From the IMG/VR virus record IMGVR_UViG_3300021961_000029: a stretch of 64,000 nucleotides of DNA. One strand, written 5' to 3'. Of this stretch, positions 25,513 to 36,663 are shown in pieces. A program made the position numbers and the translations under genes. How positions within the stretch are numbered: position 1 is the first letter of the stretch; every line of letters starts with the position of its first letter. The notes under the pieces were generated by a model. It was not told where the DNA came from. It was given only the letters and a program-made list of their open reading frames with translations, and did no database searches. The stretch is from an uncultured virus (IMG/VR IMGVR_UViG_3300021961_000029) (taxonomy: Duplodnaviria > Heunggongvirae > Uroviricota > Caudoviricetes).

Positions 25513-27531
25513 TTAGACCTTTTTTTTAAAAATTTTTATTTCACCATCTTTAAATTTTAAAGTTATGGTTTCATTTTCTTTGATGTCACCCTTTAAAATT
25601 GAATCACTCAAAAAGTCCTCACAGAGATTTTGAATGATTCTTTTAATTGGTCTTGCTCCATAATCTTCTTGAGTGTTGAGTTCTGAAATCCTTTCAATGA
25701 TTGTTTTATCAAATGAAATCTTGAAATTCTTATCCTTCAATCTCACAACTAATTTATTCAATTCAATTCCAATGATTTTTTTGATAACGTCTTTGTCCAA
25801 TGAATTGAAACTGATAATATCGTCAACCCTATTTAAAAACTCAGGATTAAAATGTTGCTTCAAAGATTTTTGTACAATGGATTTTTTAACTTCAAAATTT
25901 TGACTGTTAGACGATGAGGAATCAAATCCAACACCTTTACCAAACTCGGACACTTTTTTTGCACCGATGTTTGATGTCATAATCACAATTGTATTTGTAA
26001 AGTTAACCTTTCTACCAAATGAATCGGTTAAGTGACCCTCATCCAAGATTTGAAGTAAAATGTTAAACACATCTTTGTGTGCCTTCTCAACCTCATCAAA
26101 CAAAACAACTGAGAATGGATTGTTCTTTATTTTTTCGGTTAATTGTCCACCCTCATCATAACCAACATATCCCGGAGGAGAACCGATTAATTTTGCAACA
26201 TTGTGTTTTTCCATGTACTCACTCATATCTACACGCACAACTTTGTCGGGGTCTCCAAATAAAATTTCAGCGATTGATTTTGCTAAATATGTTTTACCAA
26301 CACCTGTTGACCCTAAGAAGATAAATGAACCAATAGGTTTATTTGTGTCTTTGATTCCAACTCTATTTCTTCTAATCGCTTTTGAAATGATTGAAATGGC
26401 GTCATCTTGTCCAATTACCTTTGATTTTAACTTCTCTTCTAAACTTAGTAAGTTTGATGTTTCTCTTTCATCAATCTTAGAAAGTGGGACACCTGTCATT
26501 TGTGAGATAATATCATAAACATCATCTACTGTTACTGGCGTCTTGTTATCCTTTTGTTTTTCCAACCATTTTTTCTTCTCTTCATCCAACCTACTCAATA
26601 TCTTTCTTTCCTCATCTCTCAATTTTGCCGCCTGTTCGTAGTTTTGACTTTTAACAACTTGTATTTTTCTTTCCTTTAATTCATCGGAATCTTTTTTAAG
26701 TTTTTCTAAAACTTCAGGAATTTTAGTGTTAATTTTTTTATCTGAACCAAGTTCGTCCATTACGTCAATCGCCTTATCAGGGAATTGTCTATCCGTAATA
26801 AATCTTGATGAGAGGTTAACGATTGTTTCAAATACATTCGGTTCATAAAATACCTTGTGGAAACTTTGGTACGAGTCTTTCAAATTATTTAAAATTTGTA
26901 CCGTTTCTTCTTTAGTTGGTTCTTTTAAAATTATTTTTTGAAACCTTCTAACTAACGCACCATCTTTTTCAATGTGTTTTTTAAATTCATCAAAAGTGGT
27001 TGCCCCAATACATTGAATTTCACCTCTTGCTAACGCGGGTTTCATGATATTCGCAGCATCCATTGAACCACTGGCATTACCCGCACCAACCATTGTATGT
27101 ATTTCATCAATGAAGACAATGACATTGGGTTCATTTTGTAATTCATTCAATATCGCTTTGATTCTTTCTTCAAATTGACCTCTATACTTGGTACCCGCAA
27201 CTAATGATGTTAAATCAAGTGATACGATTCTTTTATCTAAAAGATTCGACGGACAATCACCTTTAATGATTAGTTGTGCCAACTTTTCAACTAAAGCGGA
27301 TTTACCCACACCAGCATCACCAACTATTACAACATTGTTTTTCTTTTTACGAGATAAAATCTGAGCAATTCTCTTAACCTCACTATCTCTACCAATGACG
27401 GGGTCAATTTTACCTTCTTCAACCATTTTGTTTAAATCCCTTGAAAAATTATCAAGGATAGGGGTGGTAGAACCCTTTCTTGTCTTTTTAGGGTTGGAAA
27501 CATTTCCTTCTTCGAAAAAATCTACTGACAT
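25513..27531 (-). CDS. ClpC/ClpA-like AAA+ unfoldase lacking the N-terminal domain
   Basis: DPVIGR, GDAGVGKS, FIDEIH, FPDKAID, UVR-like YEQAAKLRD, GSTGVGKT, GSPPGYVG, GARP. Confidence 0.93.
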   Translation of the reverse strand: MSVDFFEEGNVSNPKKTRKGSTTPILDNFSRDLNKMVEEGKIDPVIGRDSEVKRIAQILSRKKKNNVVIVGDAGVGKSALVEKLAQLIIKGDCPSNLLDKRIVSLDLTSLVAGTKYRGQFEERIKAILNELQNEPNVIVFIDEIHTMVGAGNASGSMDAANIMKPALARGEIQCIGATTFDEFKKHIEKDGALVRRFQKIILKEPTKEETVQILNNLKDSYQSFHKVFYEPNVFETIVNLSSRFITDRQFPDKAIDVMDELGSDKKINTKIPEVLEKLKKDSDELKERKIQVVKSQNYEQAAKLRDEERKILSRLDEEKKKWLEKQKDNKTPVTVDDVYDIISQMTGVPLSKIDERETSNLLSLEEKLKSKVIGQDDAISIISKAIRRNRVGIKDTNKPIGSFIFLGSTGVGKTYLAKSIAEILFGDPDKVVRVDMSEYMEKHNVAKLIGSPPGYVGYDEGGQLTEKIKNNPFSVVLFDEVEKAHKDVFNILLQILDEGHLTDSFGRKVNFTNTIVIMTSNIGAKKVSEFGKGVGFDSSSSNSQNFEVKKSIVQKSLKQHFNPEFLNRVDDIISFNSLDKDVIKKIIGIELNKLVVRLKDKNFKISFDKTIIERISELNTQEDYGARPIKRIIQNLCEDFLSDSILKGDIKENETITLKFKDGEIKIFKKKV

Positions 27532-27736
27532 CTGAATTATTTTCTTTAAGTATACAAAATATATCCCGTAAAAACAAACAATGACATTTTTTCAATTGTA
27601 TAAAAATAAAAATGACATATTGTCTAAAACGTCTCAACAGAATATGTTCTTTACAAACATACTCAAAAAATAGAAGATGTGTTGCTCGGGGTTTTTTATT
27701 TGATATTTATTATGTATAATAATATCTAAAAAAATT

Positions 27737-27982
27737 ATGGCGATTATTTTAGAAAAAACGGAAGGTAACTTAATTGAGGTGGTAGTAACATCTTCAAATA
27801 TCGGTAGAGCGGTTTTCAATACCGAAGACAACAATCTTATGATTGAATTTAACAACGGCTCTATTTATGAATATGAAAAAGTGCCGTTAGAGGTGTTTAC
27901 AGATTTTAAGAAAGCGGAATCACAGGGTAAACATTTTAACGCAAACATTTCAAGAAGTTTTAAATACAAAAAGATAAAATGA
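27737..27982 (+). CDS. KTSC-domain protein
   Basis: SSNI...LMIEFNNGSIYEY..VP...AESQGKHFN. Confidence 0.88.
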   Translation: MAIILEKTEGNLIEVVVTSSNIGRAVFNTEDNNLMIEFNNGSIYEYEKVPLEVFTDFKKAESQGKHFNANISRSFKYKKIK

Positions 27983-28764
27983 AAAATTATAGAGAATTTA
28001 TTGAAGATATTGAAAAAGATAAAGAAATAATGAAATCCTTTATACCTAAGGATTCACTATCATTGGAAATTTTTAATAAGACAAAAAATTCTTATGTTAT
28101 AAAAGAAGAAATAAGAGAGAAACTTTTAGAAATCACCAACTCATTTCTTGATTTTATCGGTATTGATTTTTTTATTTACGATATCCATTTTACAGGTTCA
28201 TTAGCGAACTATAATTGGTCTAATTATTCTGATTTAGATATCCACATATTAGTTGATATAGATGAGTTTGATTCTGCAAAATCAAATTCTATTGTTTTTC
28301 ACGAAATAATAAAAGAGTTTTTTGAACTTAAGAAAAAATCATGGGCAGCATCAAATGATATCACTGTAAAAGGTTTTGAAGTGGAGTTTTATGTTCAAGA
28401 CATCGATTCTCCTGGTGTATCAACGGGTGTTTATTCTATTTTAAATAATGATTGGGTTGTTGAACCTAAACAAATAGAATCTGCATTTGACTTAGACGAT
28501 AAGAAAATCCTTGAGAAGAGTGAAGAATATGGTAAACTAATCGACAGTTTGGAAAAAAGTGCTGAAGAAGGTAATGACGTTATAAAACAAGTAGATGAAC
28601 TAAAAAGTAAGTTAAAGAAGTTCAGACAAACTGGATTAGAAGTGGGTGGTGAATATTCGTATGAAAATTTAACTTTCAAGTTATTACGAAGAAATGGTTA
28701 CATCGAAAAGTTATTTGATATAAAAACAAAGGTCAGAAATAAAAAATTGTCCCTACCACAGTAA
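27979..28764 (+). CDS. Pol-beta superfamily nucleotidyltransferase
   Basis: GS-x10-DLD motif and VEFYVQD. Confidence 0.75.
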   Translation: MKNYREFIEDIEKDKEIMKSFIPKDSLSLEIFNKTKNSYVIKEEIREKLLEITNSFLDFIGIDFFIYDIHFTGSLANYNWSNYSDLDIHILVDIDEFDSAKSNSIVFHEIIKEFFELKKKSWAASNDITVKGFEVEFYVQDIDSPGVSTGVYSILNNDWVVEPKQIESAFDLDDKKILEKSEEYGKLIDSLEKSAEEGNDVIKQVDELKSKLKKFRQTGLEVGGEYSYENLTFKLLRRNGYIEKLFDIKTKVRNKKLSLPQ

Positions 28765-28838
28765 ATAGAATAATTTTTTTTACTATATGCATGTATTTAT
28801 AGGATACAAGAATAATATAATTATCAACATTTAAACAA

Positions 28839-29867
28839 ATGGCAGATTTAAAACCACTAGGAAGCGAAAAACTTAACGGAGACGACAAATTGAAGCGTAT
28901 CCTTGAGTTAACCTATTACGGTAGTGATAAAAAATCAACTACATCAAATCAAACATTAACATCAAAAACCGAATATCTATCAGAATCAGTGAATGGGTCT
29001 AAATTTGGTATTGTTAAGGAGAAAGATGGATATTACGTAAAAAAAGGGTTAAATGAAAGTTCATTAGACTACATTGGTGGTCTTTTCATGAAAAATAAAA
29101 ATAGATTTAATTCATACGCTGAGGCATTAAAAAGATTACAACTATTATCTGGTGGTGAACTTAATGAAGCAACAAAATATGTTTTAAAACAAAATTCAGG
29201 ACAAGCAAATGAAGCTCCTGTACCCGCACCTGACATGGGTGGTGATGTTCCTCCTGCACCTGAAATGGGTGGGGATGTTCCACCAGCACCCGCACCTGAC
29301 ATGGGTGGTGATGTTCCTCCTGCACCTGAAATGGGTGGGGATGTTCCACCATCAGATGAAACAGATATGGGTGACGAAGGAGATATGGGCGGTGCTAAAC
29401 CATCTGATTACATGTCCGAAATTCAAAAATATTCAGGTAAACTTGGCCAAGAATTAAGAGACCAAAAAGAAAAAATGGAAAGTGATGATATCAAATACGT
29501 TTTGAATATGATTATTTCCGCTGTTGACTTGGATAAACTTGATGATGAAGATATTGAAGAAATTGGTAAAAAATTCGATAGAGAAATCGAAGACGACGCA
29601 GATATGTCTGATGATATGCCAGATGTACCCGCTGATGATGATACTACACCCGCAGAACCAACAGGAGATGAGGGAGATTTAGGTGAAATGGATGTAATGG
29701 ATAAATTGGAAACATTTATTAATACACCAATGTCAACCGAAGAAGAAATCGATTTATCAAAATACGCTGATTTAGGTAATGATGATGTTAAAGAGATTGA
29801 TTTAGACGAAATAAAGAAAGAAATCAACAAAAGTATATCTGAAACACTGGGTAAATACTTTAAGTAA
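28839..29867 (+). CDS. acidic hypothetical protein with PAPDMGGDVP repeats
   Basis: 342-aa ORF. Confidence 0.8.
   Translation: MADLKPLGSEKLNGDDKLKRILELTYYGSDKKSTTSNQTLTSKTEYLSESVNGSKFGIVKEKDGYYVKKGLNESSLDYIGGLFMKNKNRFNSYAEALKRLQLLSGGELNEATKYVLKQNSGQANEAPVPAPDMGGDVPPAPEMGGDVPPAPAPDMGGDVPPAPEMGGDVPPSDETDMGDEGDMGGAKPSDYMSEIQKYSGKLGQELRDQKEKMESDDIKYVLNMIISAVDLDKLDDEDIEEIGKKFDREIEDDADMSDDMPDVPADDDTTPAEPTGDEGDLGEMDVMDKLETFINTPMSTEEEIDLSKYADLGNDDVKEIDLDEIKKEINKSISETLGKYFK
29222..29351 (+). repeat. 66-bp in-frame tandem duplication built from PAP(D/E)MGGDVP units
   Basis: acccgcacctgacatgggtggtgatgttcc... recurs at 29222 and 29288. Confidence 0.85.
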
Positions 29868-30269
29868 ATGAGACTGATATATGTCAACGAAATCGGAACC
29901 GATTATAAGGGTCAAAAACAGTATGAATTCATTTTTAGTGAATCTACTGAGATAGACATGGACGAATGGTTTGACGTACCAGCATCTTCTACATCTACAC
30001 CAAAATCACCAAACATAGAATATATTGACCAAGTAGGTCTCTTAAAAGACACCGACATAGTTTTTGAATTGATACAAAATTCTGACTATTTCGGTGTTAT
30101 TGATGCTGTGGACGGAATAATCGCTATGGCTTGGGAAAAATCAAATTTTGATTTAGAAGAAGATAGATTGTTTTTCCGTTTTGGTGAATCATATGAAAAT
30201 GTTTCAAAAAAATTAAAAGAGAGGAATTTTACTCTTGAGAAAAAATCAATAAAATTCAAAGAATCATGA
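29868..30269 (+). CDS. hypothetical protein
   Basis: coupled ORF. Confidence 0.75.
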   Translation: MRLIYVNEIGTDYKGQKQYEFIFSESTEIDMDEWFDVPASSTSTPKSPNIEYIDQVGLLKDTDIVFELIQNSDYFGVIDAVDGIIAMAWEKSNFDLEEDRLFFRFGESYENVSKKLKERNFTLEKKSIKFKES

Positions 30270-30886
30270 ATAGAAAATTAATCATCGAAAAATTAGTTAT
30301 GGAAGGGTTTTCAGATAAGACTCTTTCTCGTTTAAGTGATAACGAACTCATAACACTTTCAAATACCGTTTTAAAAGAGGTGGGTTCTGTTATGATGAAA
30401 AAAACAACGTCTCCTGCTGAAGTTAAAAAATATACAGATGCTGGATTCAATGTCCAATTAACAGAAAAAAATAAAACAAAAGTTTGTTCCGTTTGTGGAA
30501 TGAAAGATTGTAAGTGTAAAGATAAAAAACACAAAGAAAACAAATCTCAAGAAATTGAAGAATGGGTTCTAGATTTAGCAGAATCAAAGTATTCTCACTT
30601 TACATCAAAAAAAGACATCATGGGTGTTATAAATGAAAAAGTTGGGGAAACGTTCCAACCAATGCCAAAAAGTAAAGCACGTAAAGGTCACAATGGTGTT
30701 CCTGAGTTTATGTCATATGATGCAATCGTGGCGTCACAACCAACACCCGCTGAAACTAAACCTGATGTAGATACCCCAACCAAACCAAAGACACCTGAAA
30801 AACCAACTATAGACCCGTATGAGCCAGGTCCGGGTACTGACCCAAAACCAAAGGCATTAGCAGAAAAGAAAAAAATATCAAAATGA
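30266..30886 (+). CDS. hypothetical protein
   Basis: coupled ORF with CSVC..CKC and a Pro-rich tail. Confidence 0.75.
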   Translation: MNRKLIIEKLVMEGFSDKTLSRLSDNELITLSNTVLKEVGSVMMKKTTSPAEVKKYTDAGFNVQLTEKNKTKVCSVCGMKDCKCKDKKHKENKSQEIEEWVLDLAESKYSHFTSKKDIMGVINEKVGETFQPMPKSKARKGHNGVPEFMSYDAIVASQPTPAETKPDVDTPTKPKTPEKPTIDPYEPGPGTDPKPKALAEKKKISK

Positions 30887-32232
30887 GATTTACAAAAAAA
30901 GATTTAATATCTTTAATGGAAGATATTAATGAAATGCCAATGGATTTTGATACAGAGGATAGACCTTTCCAAGGGTTACAAGATAAATTAGCTCAAGGTG
31001 ACACACCTTTAAAAAAGGTACCACTACCACAAACAGGGGATGAACCTAATAAGAATTTCCAAGAATTATTGGCTTCAGAAAGATATAGACAAGTTGTTGC
31101 TAAAGTAAGAGAATACACAGGTGTTCAAACTCCTATGTCAGGTGAACGTGGTGTAATGCCACTTGCACAAATGATGATGGGAGCTCACAATGAGATTATT
31201 CAAACAGAAGCGGCACATAAAGAAGCGCTTGAACAATTGGCAATAGAATTGGTAAAAAGAGAAATGTCTATACCTGAAGGTAGATTACAATTCGATGCTA
31301 AAATTGTTGGTGTTGGTCAAATAGATACTTCGAATTTCAACAGAGAAATGCAAGAAGAACCTAACATGGAACCTGTTGACATTGAACAAGATTTATCTGA
31401 TGATTTAAGTGTTTTAAATTTAGAAAAGGCAAAAAGAAGATTAATCAATAGTATGATACAAGGGGCATCTAAAAAAGGTCACTACATGTATCATTTTGTT
31501 GCAGATAAAATTAGAGAAATCACCGGTTCAGAAACTCTACTTAATCAATATGGGATATTAATGTCAGTAAATGACACATTATATTGGCAATTAAGTGATG
31601 ACACCATGAAAATGATGATGGGTGGAGCTGGTGGTGGCGGAAGTGTAGGTGGTAAACAAGAAGTTAGAAGAAATACTACACCACCAACCATTGTTGCTCG
31701 GGGTATTAACTTCCCAATATTAGTTCACGAATTAATTAAAGGAGTTTTAGAATTATTCGCCATTCAAGGTAGACCTAAGGATGAACAAGGTAATGAAGAC
31801 CCAAGATGGTCTGAAGTTGAACAATCTGAAGATACTTTAGAAAAAGAAATATGGGATTTGAGATTAGGTCCAGCAATTTGGGAAAGAATGAGAAGACAAT
31901 TCCCTGAAGAAATTTTAGTTGATGAAACTAAATTTGAATTACAAAACTACCTTTTAGTTAGTATTTTCAAATTACCGGCTAAAGAATTTTTGGTTTTCAC
32001 CAAAGAAGTATTATCGGGTTCCGAAAACGGAAAAAGATTTATGGGAGAATTGTTACAAGGAATTGACCAAATGTTAAAAAATCAAGATTACCAAGACGCA
32101 ATGTCAAGGTTTAATGAAGACTTAGAACAAGTGAGTGACGATATAAGTGATGATGATTTAAGAGGTTTCTTAGGAGATATAGGTATTAGATTCTCAGATG
32201 ATGATGAAGACCCTGAGGGTCCAACATCTTAA
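30883..32232 (+). CDS. hypothetical protein
   Basis: 449-aa ORF; terminator at 32242-32267. Confidence 0.8.
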   Translation: MRFTKKDLISLMEDINEMPMDFDTEDRPFQGLQDKLAQGDTPLKKVPLPQTGDEPNKNFQELLASERYRQVVAKVREYTGVQTPMSGERGVMPLAQMMMGAHNEIIQTEAAHKEALEQLAIELVKREMSIPEGRLQFDAKIVGVGQIDTSNFNREMQEEPNMEPVDIEQDLSDDLSVLNLEKAKRRLINSMIQGASKKGHYMYHFVADKIREITGSETLLNQYGILMSVNDTLYWQLSDDTMKMMMGGAGGGGSVGGKQEVRRNTTPPTIVARGINFPILVHELIKGVLELFAIQGRPKDEQGNEDPRWSEVEQSEDTLEKEIWDLRLGPAIWERMRRQFPEEILVDETKFELQNYLLVSIFKLPAKEFLVFTKEVLSGSENGKRFMGELLQGIDQMLKNQDYQDAMSRFNEDLEQVSDDISDDDLRGFLGDIGIRFSDDDEDPEGPTS

Positions 32233-32280
32233 AATAATACTAAAGGGTGGTTTTAACCACCCTTTTTCATATTTATATAT

Positions 32281-34056
32281 ATGAGTAATCAAAAAATTGA
32301 ACAATTAAAAGAGTATGCTCGTATAATGAAAGATACAACCTATGCGTTGAAAACGTATCTTCAAACATATGATAATACCCAAAAAAAATATGTACCGTTA
32401 GAGTTGTTCCCTGACCAAATTCAGTTACTCAAAGATTACGAACAATACAACGAAAATATAACTAGAAAGTATAGACAGGCGGGTGTAACTACAGTAACCG
32501 CTGCTTGGATTTCTAAAAAGTTACAATTAGCAAAACCTGAAAACCCTGAAAGGGTTCTTGTTATCGCCAACAAAAAGGATACCGCGGTCGAAATGGCTAA
32601 TAAAGTTAGACATTTCTTAGACCAATGGCCTGATTGGTTAAATGTTGGGTTCTCACCCGATAAGAATTCTGAAAGTAGATTTAGATTAAACAATGGATGT
32701 GAGGTCAAAGCGGTGGCAACATCCGCGGACGCGTTACGTGGATATACCCCAACCATACTTGTATTTGACGAAGCTGCATATATTGAAGCTGGTGAAGATT
32801 TTTGGGCGGCATCAATGGCGTCATTATCAACGGGCGGTAAAATTATTCTAATTTCTACCCCTAATGGATTTGACCCGATTTATTACGGTGTATATGACCA
32901 AGCAATCAGAGGTGTTAATGATTTTCACATTACGGATTTAAGATGGTTTAAAGACCCACGATACACAAAAGATTTAAGATGGGTTAAGTGTTCGGATATT
33001 GTTCACTATATGTTAAACAGAGAACAATACGACGATAACGAAGTTGTAATGTACGATTTTGACATCACCAATTATAAACAATATGAAGAGGATGGGTATA
33101 AACCACTTTCTTCATGGTTTGAATCCATGTCTAAAAAATTCAAATTTGATAGACGTAAAATTGCACAGGAATTAGAGTGTGATTTTTTAGGTTCGGGTGA
33201 TGGTGTAATTCCTAGTGAGGTTCAAGATAACATTGTTAAAAACATGATAAGGGACCCAAAAGAAAAATATATACAGGGTACCTTTTGGCAATGGAAAGAA
33301 CCAATACAAGGTCACAAGTATATTATGGGTGTAGACGTATCCCGTGGAGATAGTGAAGACTTTTCATCAATTAATATTATTGATTTTGATGAGAGGGAAC
33401 AAGTTGCAGAATATATTGGAAAAATACCACCAGATGATTTAGCATCCATCGCATACAAGTGGGGTATTTTATATGAGGCATTCATTGTTGTCGATATTAC
33501 AGGAGGTATGGGTGTTGCAACATCAAGAAAGTTACAAGAATTAAACTACAAAAATCTTTACATAGATGGTATTAATACCAAGAATATTTGGGAGTATAAT
33601 TCAAAAGCGATGGAGAAAATTCCTGGATTAAACTTTAACAATAAAAGAACACAAATTGTCGCGGCATTTGAGGAACAATTAAGAAAGGGATTTCAAGTAA
33701 GGTCAACAAGATTAATGAATGAATTAAACACGTTTGTTTATATAAATGGTAGGCCTGACCACATGAAAGGAGCACATGACGACGCAATTATGAGTATGTC
33801 TATGGCTTTATATGTTGGTGACATATCTTTTAGTCAATTAACTAAAAATGAAAACGCGAATAAAGCAATGTTGGAATCATGGACTTTGTCTGAAAGAACA
33901 TATGAACCAAACAAATCATTTTATTCTTACGGTACCGCTTTTGACCAAATAGGTTCAATGTCCATGGATAATGACCCGAGTATCCCAAGACATACCAATA
34001 ACGCAACAAAAGAAAATTACCAACAGTACGCATGGTTGTTTGGTAAAAAAAGATAA
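32281..34056 (+). CDS. terL: terminase large subunit (T4 gp17-like)
   Basis: KYRQAGVTT, LVFDEAA, ISTPNG, QELECDF, MGVDVSRG, HDDAIMS. Confidence 0.95.
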   Translation: MSNQKIEQLKEYARIMKDTTYALKTYLQTYDNTQKKYVPLELFPDQIQLLKDYEQYNENITRKYRQAGVTTVTAAWISKKLQLAKPENPERVLVIANKKDTAVEMANKVRHFLDQWPDWLNVGFSPDKNSESRFRLNNGCEVKAVATSADALRGYTPTILVFDEAAYIEAGEDFWAASMASLSTGGKIILISTPNGFDPIYYGVYDQAIRGVNDFHITDLRWFKDPRYTKDLRWVKCSDIVHYMLNREQYDDNEVVMYDFDITNYKQYEEDGYKPLSSWFESMSKKFKFDRRKIAQELECDFLGSGDGVIPSEVQDNIVKNMIRDPKEKYIQGTFWQWKEPIQGHKYIMGVDVSRGDSEDFSSINIIDFDEREQVAEYIGKIPPDDLASIAYKWGILYEAFIVVDITGGMGVATSRKLQELNYKNLYIDGINTKNIWEYNSKAMEKIPGLNFNNKRTQIVAAFEEQLRKGFQVRSTRLMNELNTFVYINGRPDHMKGAHDDAIMSMSMALYVGDISFSQLTKNENANKAMLESWTLSERTYEPNKSFYSYGTAFDQIGSMSMDNDPSIPRHTNNATKENYQQYAWLFGKKR

Positions 34057-34108
34057 TCCTTTATTATCATAACAGAATTAATTATATTCTCATAAACTAT
34101 TTATATAC

Positions 34109-35917
34109 ATGGCAGAAAGTAATTTGACGGTTTTTCAGAGATTAACAAAGGTGTTTGGGTTTCCTAATAAGGTAACTCCTGAAGAAGCTCCGTCTTTCAA
34201 TTTTGACAAAGAGCAAATATTAAAAACAAATAGTCGAGAAGAGTATGAGAAAGCGATGTTGCAAGCACAACAAAGTCAATACATCGCGGATAAATGGACA
34301 AAACTCGACCAATCTCTTTACAACCAATCGGTATACTATGAACCTAACAGGTTATCAGCATATTACGATTATGAATCAATGGAGTTTACTCCTGAAATTT
34401 CTGCGGCATTAGACATCTACGCTGAAGAATCAACAACTTTATCCGAAAAGGGTGAAATTTTAACCATATTTTCAGAATCAACAAGAATTAAAAGTATTCT
34501 TGAAGATTTATTCATGAATAGATTAGATTTAAACACTAATCTACAAATGTGGACAAGAGGTGTGTGTAAGTATGGAGACAATTTCGTTTACCTGAAAATT
34601 GACCCTGAAAAGGGTATCATAGGTTGCCAACAACTACCAAATATTGAAATAGAAAGACACGAGGGTAAAGAAAGTAAAACACCGAACCAACAAAATGCAA
34701 TGCAGATGCCCACAAGGGAATTAAGATTCCAATGGAAAAATAAAGATTTGGAATTCCAAGCTTGGGAAATTGCACATTTTAGATTGTTAGGTGATGATAG
34801 AAAACTTCCTTATGGTACTTCTATGTTAGACAAAATAAGGAGGATTTGGAAACAATTACTTTTGGCTGAAGATGCCATGTTGATTTATAGAACAACTAGA
34901 GCACCTGAAAGAAGAGTTTTCAAAATCTTTGTTGGTAACATGGATGACAAAGATATTGAAGCATATGTACAACGTGTTGCAAACAAATTTAAAAGAGACC
35001 AAATAGTAGACTCAAGAAACGGTCAGGTGGATATGAGATATAATCAAATGGCAGTAGACCAAGATTATTTCATACCTGTTCGTGACCCCGCTCAAACAAA
35101 TCCAATTGAAACTTTGGCGGGAGCTCAAAATTTAGGTGAGATTGCGGATATTGAATACATCCAAAAGAAAATGTTGGCAGCTCTTCGTATTCCTAAAGCA
35201 TTCTTAGGTTTTGAAGAAGTTGTGGGCGATGGTAAGACTCTTGCGTTAATGGATATACGTTTTGCAAGAACAATTAATAGAATTCAAAAATCAATAATTC
35301 AAGAATTAAATAAGATTGCATTAATCCATCTTTATTTACTTGGTTTAGAGGACGAATTAGACAACTTTACATTATCATTAACCAATCCATCTGCTCAGTC
35401 TGATTTATTAAGAATTGAACAATGGAAAGAAAAAATAACCTTGTATAAAGATGCAACATCAGACCAATCTCAAATAGGTATTCTTCCTGTTTCACATACA
35501 TGGGCTAAGAAGAATATTCTTGGTATGAGTGATAGTGAAGTAGTGTTGGATTTACAACAACAAAGACTTGAAAGAGCAATAGGATTTGAATTAACAAATA
35601 CACAAAATGTAATTAAACGTTCAGGAGTATTTGATGATGTGGATTCTAAGTATGGTGTACCTGAAGAAGAAAGACAAGAAGGTGGTGAAGCACCTGAAGG
35701 AGGAGGAGGAATGGGTTCAGATATGGGAGGAGGAGCACCTCCACCTCCACCGCCAGCCGGTGGTGAAGCTCCATTGAGTGAAAATGAAACTAAAAAACAT
35801 AATATATTGAGCATGTTAGGTGAAAATGAAAATTTAAAAGATTTATTTAACATGGATAAAGCTCAACAGAATATTTATGAAATAGAAAATAAACTAAAAG
35901 ACTTTTTAAACGAATAA
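34109..35917 (+). CDS. portal protein (T4 gp20-like)
   Basis: PEISAALDI, LAEDAMLIYRTTRAPERRVF, DYFIPVR, IETLAG. Confidence 0.95.
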   Translation: MAESNLTVFQRLTKVFGFPNKVTPEEAPSFNFDKEQILKTNSREEYEKAMLQAQQSQYIADKWTKLDQSLYNQSVYYEPNRLSAYYDYESMEFTPEISAALDIYAEESTTLSEKGEILTIFSESTRIKSILEDLFMNRLDLNTNLQMWTRGVCKYGDNFVYLKIDPEKGIIGCQQLPNIEIERHEGKESKTPNQQNAMQMPTRELRFQWKNKDLEFQAWEIAHFRLLGDDRKLPYGTSMLDKIRRIWKQLLLAEDAMLIYRTTRAPERRVFKIFVGNMDDKDIEAYVQRVANKFKRDQIVDSRNGQVDMRYNQMAVDQDYFIPVRDPAQTNPIETLAGAQNLGEIADIEYIQKKMLAALRIPKAFLGFEEVVGDGKTLALMDIRFARTINRIQKSIIQELNKIALIHLYLLGLEDELDNFTLSLTNPSAQSDLLRIEQWKEKITLYKDATSDQSQIGILPVSHTWAKKNILGMSDSEVVLDLQQQRLERAIGFELTNTQNVIKRSGVFDDVDSKYGVPEEERQEGGEAPEGGGGMGSDMGGGAPPPPPPAGGEAPLSENETKKHNILSMLGENENLKDLFNMDKAQQNIYEIENKLKDFLNE

Positions 35918-35922
35918 CTGAA

Positions 35923-36663
35923 ATGACAAACTTTGGTGAATTAAAAACAAAACTATTGACAAAATTAACCGAATCGTACACCTCTAATAAAAAGAGTGAA
36001 ATTAAAGATTTGGTAAAAAAACTAAAATCAAATAAATCTTTGGTTGAGATGTATATGTTTTATGAAAACATAGAAAATCTTAATATTACAAGTAGAGATA
36101 AAGCTAAATTGTATGTAGAATCTATTGAACCGATTTTGATTGATAAAATGAAATCTTTGAAAAAAGAGATGAAAGAATTCGGTAAATCTCTCAAAGATGT
36201 TGTTGTGGAAAATACTTCAGTATACAATGACTTAGATATCTTATCTGAAGAGTCTAATATGCACAATATCGCATCTAAAATTGACGCCAGAGAAAATTTA
36301 ATAAATCATTTAATTTCTGAAAAGAAAAAAGAAGTTGTTGAACCTTCACCAATTCAAATTGAAAACCATTCATTGTTAAATGCGGTGTTGGTAAATAACT
36401 TTAATATAAAATACGCAGATTTCTTAAATGAAGAACAAAAAGGGACGTTTAATAAGATTGTTTCCATGACAAACGATGATTTGGTTTTGGAAATGAATAC
36501 AATTAAAAAAGAGTTGAATAATAAACTCGATTCTCTTTTGAAAGAATCAACTGAAGATTCTGTTGTAAGTAAACTTAATAATGTGAAATCAGAGGTAGAT
36601 AAGTCAGAGGTTACAAAATACAATTACTACAAGTTGATTGAATTGAAAAACGGTTTAATTTGA
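35923..36663 (+). CDS. hypothetical protein in the head cluster
   Basis: 246-aa helical ORF. Confidence 0.75.
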   Translation: MTNFGELKTKLLTKLTESYTSNKKSEIKDLVKKLKSNKSLVEMYMFYENIENLNITSRDKAKLYVESIEPILIDKMKSLKKEMKEFGKSLKDVVVENTSVYNDLDILSEESNMHNIASKIDARENLINHLISEKKKEVVEPSPIQIENHSLLNAVLVNNFNIKYADFLNEEQKGTFNKIVSMTNDDLVLEMNTIKKELNNKLDSLLKESTEDSVVSKLNNVKSEVDKSEVTKYNYYKLIELKNGLI

